From: Chiloscyllium plagiosum
Lineage: Eukaryota
Assembly: GCF_004010195.1 (NCBI RefSeq)
Contig: NC_057718.1
Coordinates: 31,118,272 to 31,154,670 of the forward strand
Reading direction: 5' to 3'
DNA: 36,399 nt
In this document: piece after piece, positions 26,801-36,399 of the stretch
Numbering within the stretch: position 1 is the stretch's first letter
How the letters are laid out: each line of letters opens with the position of its first letter
The notes under the pieces: model-generated
Told to the model about the DNA's origin: nothing
Seen by the model: only the letters and a program-made list of their open reading frames with translations
Database searches by the model: none
Translations under genes and position numbers: made by a program

Positions 26801-29639
26801 CATGATAGTTAATTAATGAAGAGGGCATGGAAAAGTATTTATGAAATATATTTTAAAAAGAGGATGGGTAAACAGCAGTAAAATACAGACCAATCACAAA
26901 ATGTTTAAAACATCTTTGGAGGTGTTACGTGGAATTACTTCTTACTGCACTGTAAATTAATTGAAGATAGTATAAATAGACCAGTGAAGAGTTTGGAAGA
27001 CAAACCCAAAATGAATTTAAAAGAAAATTGGTAAAAAGGAAAAATTGGAGAATTGGGCCTAGAAATTATTGGGATCCAGCTATTCATAACATGTCATATC
27101 TTAATGGTTAAAGGTCGTGCCAAAATGAAATAAACTGCCAGGTTGGGGTCTGGACATGAGGTGTGCAGCAGTAAATGACATCATACTCTAATATGATCAA
27201 AAGTATATCCTGATCGATTTTCTCCATTTTTAAAAACCAATAAATGATCAAGTTTGTGTGCAATCTAATGCACAGTATACCTAATTCACATGTACATATA
27301 GTGTGTATTGTGAAAGAAACCATGTTTTAACTTTGTATATTGACAACAGATTGAGTGATGCTACTACTAACAGTCTATCATAAAGAAGTATTGAAATGAG
27401 AACAATAAGTAAAATAATACGTATGCTAACCTGCCAAAGTTATTTTAAATTAGATGGGTCAAACTGCAATGTTCCTGCCCATGTGTAGCCTGATCCAACT
27501 CCACAGGCAACCTCTGTTACAATGACAGAACTTCAGCAAATTTCAAGGAAAATGCAGCCAGCTGGATCAGAAGAATGTAGGAACAGCCAGAAGTAAAGGA
27601 AAAGCTATAACTAACAATCAAAATAAAACAAAATTATTTTACAAACTGAGATCAATAAAAAGTGTAACTTGTCAAAACTATAACTTCTAAGATTAATCCC
27701 CAAAACTACAAAAATAGTTTTGCATTGTGTTACTCAAATTACGCTCTTAAAATCTACCTCATGATAATAGTAGATCATAAGTCCTCAAGCAATCATTGAA
27801 AATTTATCTGAAGCAGAAAGATGAGTACTTTATATGGATGGCATGGCTGTATATTATTGTTGCTCAAATAATTACAAATTACCTCATAAAGTAGATGAGA
27901 ATATCAATATTGTATTTTATTTCAGTACTATAATAACCTAAATTTCATGATGCAAGGACATTCAGATTTGTAACTGGAGATGTTATATCAAATGATATTC
28001 ACAACCGAGACAGAAGTTATTTGAAGTATAGTATTTTAATTCAGTAGAGCAACAGAAATTGGGTTGCAGTTTGAAATGTTTTTACTGAACATGATTAAAT
28101 ATAATCTTGCCTAAAATGTCATTTACTTTTGTTTAAAGCTGTAAATTTAAAATTATATGTTATAAGTCATTTACATTTGAGATCTTCCTAATTTAAATTA
28201 TGTAGGATGATTTGTGCTTTAATGTAATGTGTAGTCTGATATGCTGATTTTCTGCACATTTAATTTTGTTTTTTGTACATTATAATGTAAGTTTTTTTGC
28301 ATTTATTATAGAGGCCCCGTTGTATGGATTAGAATATTACTACTATATTTCCTATCAGGATGCTTTGACTATTTGTTGGATAATTGAAATAGGAAGAACT
28401 GATTTCACCACCCTGAATAAATTCATGACAGTTGTTTTGACCCTGTATTAGGCAAAATACACAAAGGTTTGGCAAAACATTTTTGTACATGTTGCCACAT
28501 AATCAAATAAAAATAGCAGTAACTTGTTTTCAATTTTACTAAATTAAATTGCTATCACAGACACAATATATTGAATGATACTGTAGGTAATTTAGTTACA
28601 TAATTTTCAATGCTTGTAAATGGGTTATTGTATATTTGACAACCAACTTTAATAATGAGAAGCAATTGCAATTCACCGCATTACAAATATTTGCTTGCTT
28701 TATTGGTGATCTGTTGTCCAAATGGTTTTAATTAAAGATAACTAAGTGCCATTTAAGCAGTCAAATACTGAGAAATGAAAATAAGAAATTAAAAGTTATA
28801 ATTGTGTAGGTTTGAATAGCACCATCTGTGCACACGATTTTGCTTAATTCAATGTGCAACCCAATAGCGTAGCCTGGAGTCCATTCAGCAAAATAATAAA
28901 TATACAGCTCCATTATTGCCTGAAATTGTATTTATATTATCACTCTTTACACTTGCAATTAGCAGATACACATACCAAATCCAAAAATGTACACATAGGG
29001 AATTTGGTCCAACACGAGTCCCACGTAATCACGATAATTACATAGATCTATTTATTGGGATCTGTAAATACAGATAGCTAACCCTTAAAGACTTATTTGC
29101 TGTACACTGATTTCTTTGGGCACGTTTGATTTCTTAGTAATCAAATAGTTGGAAAATTGGCGCTGCTAAGGATCTAACAACTTGTTCAGCAGCTTTTCAA
29201 TAATCTATTTATTTTCTTGGATTATCGTGGTCCTCTTTAAGAATACCAAACAATGTGATGTTTACAACGAATCACAGATAGAAACTGTACGGAGATGGAT
29301 CCCGCGCTGAAGTATTAAACCAAAATTGCATTACGGTAAACTGACTTAAGGGTGTGCACCACTGCCACTTCTCCTCGGTACAATTCGGAAATGTCAAATT
29401 TCATTCCGCATTTGAGAGAATTATACCAGTCTGTTTTTATAAACTAAAGAGTCCCATTAAGGGCGTTGACTCTAATCGCTCACCAGTTTTTAAATGAAAA
29501 TTAGGTTGCAATTAGAATGTCCTAAAGATGTTTTCACGTGTTACTTCGTCCGTCTATTTGCGGTTCGTCAGGACAGCAAAATGCAAAAGATGTCACAGCT
29601 CAGTGCAATTGGTTCGCATCAGCCACAATTAATGTTTTA

Positions 29640-29965
29640 AACCGACGGACTATGCCCCCAGGCCGATTGTTTGAGAGAGGTTAAAACCGCCTCCGCAACC
29701 CACAAGAAAAATTTCCTTACAGGTTTGTTTGTAAAAAATCTCCGTTTACCTCAATGGGCCTTTGCAGTTGTGCCAAGCTCTCGAGCTACTGTTCTCAGAC
29801 CTAGGGTCTGCGCGCAGTTGTGGTGGCGCCGCGAGCAGAGCGCGCGACCTATTTGGCCATCGGGATGCGCGTTCATTGCACGCGGTTTGCAAACTCCGGG
29901 CAGCAAAGTGCTCGCGAAGAAAAAGTGGCGCTTTGACAACCACCACTGCTTCGAGCACCTGTAAG
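29640..29965. promoter_or_regulatory. Small orphan CpG island
   Basis: Abrupt GC/CpG-rich patch (gcgcgcag, ggcgccgcgagcagagcgcgcg, gcgcgtt, ctcgcg) in AT-rich surroundings. Confidence 0.65.
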
Positions 29966-30584
29966 TATGATTGGTACTTAAAATGTTTTTTTTTTGGTTG
30001 TTGTTTACACCAGAAGTGTAGATTTATTTTTACTTCCAGTAAATGTTCTTGTCACGTTTGTCCTCTCTAGATTTGGTTATTTTGTTCAGTAGGTGCTGCC
30101 GCTTATAACATCAAAACTCCATGAAAGTATGACTGTTAAGTGGACTTTTTTTTTCGAGGTGGGGAACCTGAAGAGCCATATATCTAGACAATTACAACTA
30201 TCTCACCTAATGTATATTCGTGGGGAGATATTGCGGAGTGGGGTCATCAATCATTTGTAGCACAGCTGCTCCCTCATATCCAAAGTGTCACCTCTCAAAA
30301 ACAAATCTTGATTGGCCAAGTAACCATTTACCTGTTGTTGGCAATCAAATATTCAACTGTTTGTAAATAACCAAATATACAGCACAACTCACCAACAAGA
30401 AGAAACCCATCTGCAGAAATGTTAATAGTACTCCTCAACCCACCAATGATATTTACCAAATAAGACTTCAAATTGAATTAGCTGGGCATAAGATTGAAAG
30501 AAAAACATTCTAAACAAAGCCACTAAAATATGAATTCAATTAGTTGTTAATGTTAAGTATTACTCACAGATGGTTTATAAACAG

Positions 30585-30725
30585 AAATATAAGAGCCAGA
30601 GTACATTATTTGATCCCTCAGGTTTGCTGTGCCTTTTGAGATAATGGCTGAACATCTACCTCAATGCCATTTTCCTGTGCTGTCCCCTTACACCTTAATG
30701 TCATTAAGCCACTCTTGATACCTAC
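30585..30725 (-). mobile_element. Decayed CR1 3' end
   Basis: ataatggctgaacatctacctcaatgccattttcctgtgctgtcccctta resembles the reverse complement of the CR1 tail at 33540-33660. Confidence 0.5.
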
Positions 30726-31175
30726 CCTTCTATATGGAGTCTGGCAGTTGAGCTGCACATTTTCAATTGATTTCGGAAATTTCCACTTTAATGCAAAAGG
30801 ATGTGCCCATCCGGAAGAAAGGTACATCAAAGGAATTGTAGTTTCCATGGATATCCTCTTAAAAATAGTCCAGAATGCTTCACAGCAATCCAATCCAGTG
30901 GAAACCTGGTCAGGAAGATTCTGGCAATGTTTGTAACCATGACGTTGTGTGCATGCATATGCACACATAAGCTCTCATGAAAAGATTGAATTTTTATTTT
31001 AATCCTAAGGAGCAGCAAGACCTTATGAATATGCATAAGAGAATCCCTAATGGAAGGGGTAAATACACTTGGTTAATTGTTAGGTTTCCAGAGGAGAATC
31101 TTTGACTGAGGGGCATACATTCATGGGTGTACTGGTCTGACTGTTTGAGCCTTTCTGTGATAGCAAGGAATCGCT

Positions 31176-31496
31176 GATTAGATTAGATTATTTACAGTGT
31201 GCAAACAGGCCGTTTGGCCCAACAAGTCCACACCGACCTGCCGAAGTGCAACCCACCCAGACCCATTCCCCTACATTTACCCCTGCCCCTAACACTACGG
31301 GCAATTTAGCATGGCCAATTCACCTAACCTGCACATTTTTGGACTGTGGGAGGAAACTGGAGCACCCGAAGGAAACCCACGCAGACACGGGGAGAATGTG
31401 CAAACTCCACACAGTCAGTCGCCTGAGGCGGGAATTGAACATGGGTCTCTGGCGCTGTGAGGCAGCAGTGCTAACCACTGTGCCACCTTGCCGCCC
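31176..31496 (-). mobile_element. Full-length HE1-like V-SINE
   Basis: Head gggcggcaaggtggcacagtggttagcactgctgcc (A box) and gttcaattcc (B box), V-domain tgtgtggagtttgcacattctccccgtgtctgcgtgggtttcc, CR1-type tail, and (TAATC)n terminus. Confidence 0.92.
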
Positions 31497-31689
31497 AGTA
31501 ATATTTGAGAAGAGTAAGGCAATATCTGAAATATTGCATTTCCCTCCCCCATTCTCATATCATCACCTCATTACAGTCAGAATATAAAAATCTGGTACAA
31601 ATGCAAGGAAACCCAGCAGCATCACATCCATACTTCTGGCTGTTCAACCACCACCTCCTCATCATCACTAATTACTCAACTTCTTGAAC

Positions 31690-32095
31690 AACGTAGTGGC
31701 TTAGTTGATGGCACTCCTGCTGTTTGCATCACAAGCTGTGGAGTCAAATCCCACTCTAGGCTGATATTACAATGTGGTGTTGATGGATTATTGTTCTGTT
31801 AAGAGGTGAGTATCTCTTGGTTGAGAAGGTTAAAACAAGGTCTTGTCTGCTTTCAAAAGTGAATGCAAAATATCCCATATTACTTTTTCATAGAAGAAAA
31901 CGAGTAGTTTCCCTGATGTTCTGGTCAGTATCTATCCCGTGATCAACTTCATGGTCTTTTGCAAGCTTGCTGTATGTAAATTGGCCTCCATGCCTACTAC
32001 ATTACAAAAGTGGCTACAATTTAAAAAACACTTCATCAACTCTAAAGGGTATTGGGCCATTCTGAAGTGCTGCTTAAATGTGTATCCTTCTTTCT
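31690..32095 (+). mobile_element. Deu-domain SINE (SacSINE1-like), diverged
   Basis: tRNA-like head (gagtcaaatcccactc), Deu-like core (gttaaaacaaggtcttgtctgc...aatatcccat...gaagaaaacgag...ccctgatgttctggtca) and tail (gcttgctgtatgtaaattggc...tacattaca). Confidence 0.7.
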
Positions 32096-32554
32096 CATGA
32101 TAAATATGTCTTCTCCAAATTTAGGAATTTGAAACACTTGCTTTTCTTTCCTGACAGTCTTAACCAAGCCTTTGCTCAGAGATATGTGTAACTCTCTTGA
32201 TGTGCAGAATAGGAGAAGTCAGCATCTTGTGCAGTATTCCAGGCCAGCTTGATGCACTAGAACAAAGCAGTACTTTCACACTAGACATACAAACATGTTT
32301 TGAATTAATTCTAATTTTCAGACAATTTGCTTCAGTTGTTTGGATTGGTTTAATAATTTTCTATTGCCTAACTTCCATGGAAGATAACTTGGCTCTGAGA
32401 ATAACTTTTAGTCTGCCAGTTTCACACAGTATCAAAGACCACAGAAAAAATTATATTGCAGTTAGTAGATAATTATTTCTTTCTGAGAGACTGGTTGGGT
32501 TTGATACATCCAAGAAAACTTACATACCCCTAAGCAGTATGTCTATGTTGTTTT

Positions 32555-32790
32555 AACAACAATTGTTTTTACTTACATAGTGCGTTTAATGTAGTGAAAC
32601 AGCCCAAAATGCCTCATAGGAAGATGATCAAATAATATTTGGCATTGAACCATGTAAGGAGATTTAAGAATAGATGACAAAAAGAAGTAAGTTTTAAGGA
32701 ATGTCTCAAAGGAGGAGTAATAAAATAAACGGGCAGAGAAATTTAGGAAGGGCATTTCACAGATTAGGGTTTAGACAGTTGAAGGCATCT
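32555..32790 (-). mobile_element. L2-type LINE 3' end
   Basis: acttacatagtgcgtttaatgtagtgaaacagcccaaaatgcc...gttttaaggaatgtctcaaaggagg...gacagttgaaggca. A shorter similar tail occurs at ~35878-35930. Confidence 0.6.
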
Positions 32791-33129
32791 AAATAAAAAA
32801 AAGACTGTTCAGAAAAATACAGACACTTTGAGTCAATTCTTGAACTTAAACTGTCAGAAATGGTCATAAAATCACTAAACTTGTGGTTTTCTTTATTCAT
32901 TTCCACTCTCTGCTCACAGAATTCTCACAGGCTAGTGTGGACAAGGCTTTCTGCTTTTATACCATTTTTGCAGAGTGGGTAACTTACTATGGTATAATGA
33001 GATGAATGTAAATTATGATGATGAAGCCAAATATGAGTCTGACATCAATGTAAGAGAAGACAGTAGTCTAGAATGACCATGCCTTAGACACTGTGCTAAA
33101 GAGCTTTGTTTGATGACCTATTATGCACC

Positions 33130-33362
33130 AATATGGTGGTCATTTAGTTCAGTTGGCTGGGCAGCTGGTTTGCGATACAGGCTGATGTTAACAGCATGGG
33201 TTCAATTGTAGCACCATTTAAGGTTATCATGAAGGATTCTCCTTCTAAACCTCTCCCCTCACCTGAGAACTGATGATGTTCAGGTTAATTCACCATCAAT
33301 CATCTTTATAATGAGAAAGCAGTCCTGTGGTTTGGAAGGACTGGGGTGTCTTCACCTTTATG
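33130..33362 (+). mobile_element. tRNA-derived SINE (third family)
   Basis: A box tagttcagttggc, B box gggttcaattg, body catgaaggattctccttc...cctgag...tcagg, and an accttta-type tail. Confidence 0.65.
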
Positions 33363-33364
33363 GA

Positions 33365-33661
33365 AGAATAAAAGGGTTGCCAACTTAAGACTGAGATCAG
33401 GAAAATCTTTTTCTCTCAGAGAGTTGTGAGTCTTTGGAACTCCTTATCACAGAGAACTGTGGGGGCAGAACTCGACTGTTTATTTAAGATTGAGATAGAT
33501 AGATAGATAGATTCTTGATCAGTTGGGGAATAAGGATTATGATGAAAAGACAGAAATATAGACATGAGGAATTGTAGATCAGCCATGATCATATTGAATG
33601 GTGGAGGAGGCTTGAGAGGCTGAATGGTTTATTCCTATTCCTATTTCTTATGATCTTATGT
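33365..33661 (+). mobile_element. CR1 LINE 3' end with an internal (GATA)n expansion
   Basis: KTEIRKIFFSQRVVSLWNSLSQR (canonical CR1 ORF2 terminus), 3' UTR gatcagccatgatcatattgaatgg...ggctgaatgg, and tail tcttatgatcttatgt. Confidence 0.9.
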
Positions 33662-34569
33662 ACAGACAAAATAGAAGTGTTACTTTAAGACCTTAATTTA
33701 ATGATGAACGGCAAATGGCATCAGGGATAGTGTATGTTCCGAAACACACTGCGTAAGATACTCTAAACTGGTTGTTCAGTGTATTGGTGGTAGTATTGAT
33801 TTAAAATGCAAGATAAAGCCCTTACATCAAAATAAAACAGACCCAGTTGCTTTTGGGATTGGAAGGAGTTCAGCCATTTTGAAGAGCTGCAAAACTTTCT
33901 TTTTGATTGATAGCTTCAGAGGATGTTTCTTCAAGCCATTGATTGTAACATGCTTACTGAGACTTACACTTTTCCCACCCTTCACTATAGCAGAATCACA
34001 TCATCCTGATATAGTTGAATATCCAGGAGAATAATGCCCACCTTCTTGTGGGAAATTAGATGTTTACAGGAGAGGATTCACACATTGATGCTGTTGTGCC
34101 TCTGTTGTGCTACAGATGTAAACTTCTAGTTTTATTCCTTCTGCTTAGACTCAATAATATTTCCTGGCTTTCACCTTTTTGAAGAATGCTTACATGTTGA
34201 CTCTTTTTACAGTAGTGCCTTCTAATGGGTCACAGCAGAAGAGTTGTCATTCTCGTAGTGCTGCCAAAATTATCAAAAAGCAAAAAGAGATGCCTTGAAG
34301 AGATTTAAAATAGTTGGAGTGAATAATTATTTCAGTAGTTCTATACAGTTCTTGTGGTGAGTGGACTCTGTTTAAGCTTGTAAAGAGCTTATTTACTTTA
34401 GCATGCGTGCTTTCTGGTCACTCCACCTTTAAGTGTAACGTACAGCAGAGTTTGCACCACATTGCCCTCAATACCATGTTCCATTAATCTCTTTTGTACT
34501 ATATAAGCAAATGATTTTTTTGAAAATAAAATATAAACCACATCTATTAAATTTCCTTTATCCATCCTT

Positions 34570-34805
34570 TACGTTTTTCCTTAAATGATTCTACAAATTT
34601 AGTCAAACACATTCTGGCCTTCAGTAATTCATAATGACTGGCCCTGATTAAATCATGGTTCTTCAAGAGTTTGGTAATTTCATCCTGTAATATAAACTTT
34701 AGTAGTTTAACTACCATTGATGTAAGGTTAACTGGCTTTTAATTTTCTGGCTTATCGCTGGTTTCATTTTCTACATTTGCCTATTCCCTGTCATCTGGCT
34801 AAATA
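34570..34805 (-). mobile_element. Old CR1 RT fragment, probably continuing beyond 34930 after a nested insertion
   Basis: DKPEN*KPVNLTSMVVKLLKFILQD (cf. PGNYRPVSLTSVVGKLLE). Confidence 0.7.
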
Positions 34806-34835
34806 CACATTTATGGTCAGACTGAATGTAGTGCC

Positions 34836-34928
34836 CTGATGAAGAGTCACTGGACTCGAAACTTTAACTCTCCTTTCTCCCTACAGATATTGCCAGACTT
34901 GTGGAGTTTTGCCAGCAGTTTCATTTCC
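34836..34928 (+). mobile_element. Solo Penelope-type terminal repeat starting with a hammerhead ribozyme core
   Basis: CTGATGA-A-GAGTC-ACTG-GACTC-GAAA-CTTT-AACT, then the family body ctacagatattgccagacttgtggagttttgccagcag. Confidence 0.75.
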
Positions 34929-36183
34929 TGTATCTCCTTTGCTAGTTTCTGTATTGTGGTCTGCAGATATAATCTGTCAAATGTGATGCATCTACCTTAA
35001 GCACAAGTGGTTTTATTAGTACTATGTCACCAATAACTGTCATTAATTGTTTAATATTAATCTTTGGTCGTTCTCTGATCCCAATATATGACCTAGAATT
35101 TCTGCTATTCTCTCATGGTCCACTTGCCTTGTTAATATCTTAGAATCTCTTTGCGTTGGTTACCCTTTTGCTACTTTCTGGCCATGTACATCCTCTTTAT
35201 TATCCTAATCACATTTTGGGAAATGTTGTGTTGTACTACTTATATTATAAACTTGATTTTGTAATATGTGTTAATTATTTGTATTTAACCCGAGTAAAAG
35301 GTTGTTGTTGGACAAAGATTAGAGAATCCTTATAGAAAGTGCACAACATATATTGACTGGGCTGCTGCTTGCTATGAGGAAATACAAAGATGACAAAAAG
35401 AATTGGAAAGTTGGGTCTTTTTTCATTAAAAAAACAGACTTCACTGGATATTCACTGTTTTATTGTAAAGTAATGGAATGGTTAAAGAGAAGTAGATTGT
35501 TGAAAAGGAAGTTGAGAGGTGTGGAATGAGGGATTTTAGATACAGAATTAAGCACAGGAGATTTAGAAAAGACTACAGCATTCACTTCAAAGGTTAATGG
35601 TTGAGGCAGAAACTATGTCACCACTTTTTGACCATTTTGGTTGGAGAAAAATGTAGGGGAAGAAATTCAACACAATTCCCCTAAAGTTTTTCAGATTCTG
35701 CTGCTGTACTTTGTCACCAATAACACTGCAACAGCCTGTCTCCAGTGTTCTCAAGTTTTGACACATTGTTTTTGAGGACAAAGAAAATTTTTTAAAGCTC
35801 CAGGTTGGGAGAGGGTACCAATGACAAGAAAATTAAGTGCTTTAAATTTCAGCAAATTCAAGATTAGTGAATGAATGACAACAGCTTACATTTATATGGT
35901 TCCCTTTAATGTTATAAAATGCTCTAAGGAATATGTAGCAATACATAATGTTGTGAATATCTGTTAAGGACAGGCCCTTTTTTTTTCACACCTCACAGTT
36001 TTCATTGTTCCTCTTCAGTTGCTTGTAAGAGCCTACCATTTCAAATTTCAATATGCAATCTGTAATATGACTAAGGAAAAAAACCTGCAAGGTGGTTTCT
36101 TTTTGGCTTCCTTGTATGCTTAAATGAAACATTATTCTCTTCCTGAAGGAACTGTTGTCCATAAACAGCCATTGTCCCTTAAT

Positions 36184-36399
36184 TAGAACATAGAACATAG
36201 AACAATACAGCACAGAACAGGCCCTTCGGCCCACGATGTTGTGCCGAACTTCTAACCTAGATAAAGTACCCATCCATGTACCTATCCAAATGCCGCTTAA
36301 AGGTCGCCAATGATTCCGACTCTACCACTCCCACGGGCAGCGCATTCCATGCCCCCACCACTCTCTGGGTAAAGAACCCACCCCTGACATCGCCCCTAT
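36184..36399 (-). mobile_element. Young CR1 LINE 3' end, running off the window end
   Basis: (TAGAACA)3 terminal repeat and aacaggcccttcggcccacgatgttgtgccga with intact CpGs. Minus translation ...FFTQRVVGAWNALP. Confidence 0.9.

Noticed and set aside
26700..27100. Possible very old CR1 3' remnant
   Set aside because: Only purine bias and vague motif similarity, too degraded to support.
29671..30070. Four overlapping ORFs in the CpG island
   Set aside because: Stop-codon scarcity in GC-rich DNA, with no homology or coding pattern recognised.
31246..31587. 113-aa ORF
   Set aside because: Antisense reading of the HE1-like SINE.

Overview
Vertebrate genomic DNA, most likely from a cartilaginous fish (shark), judged from its HE1/V-SINE, Deu-domain SINE and CR1 repeats. 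The only host protein-coding gene is a two-coding-exon Six2 homeobox gene on the minus strand (CDS 19417-18858 + 18040-17710, 296 aa), with a tandem splice donor that would add 'YE'. It lies in a broad CpG-retaining, transposon-poor domain with motif-dense candidate enhancers. The domain includes a ZNF143/SBS2 promoter motif, CTCF-like sites on the side expected to face Six3, and an orphan CpG island about 10 kb upstream. The flanks hold decayed CR1 and L2 LINE fragments and tRNA-derived SINEs. The most unusual signal is a dispersed repeat family (six loci) that looks like Penelope-like-element terminal repeats carrying a minimal hammerhead ribozyme. One copy is a young, TSD-flanked ~190 bp fold-back insertion whose axis lies in the ribozyme core. 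Repeat family names are from recognition, not database searches.
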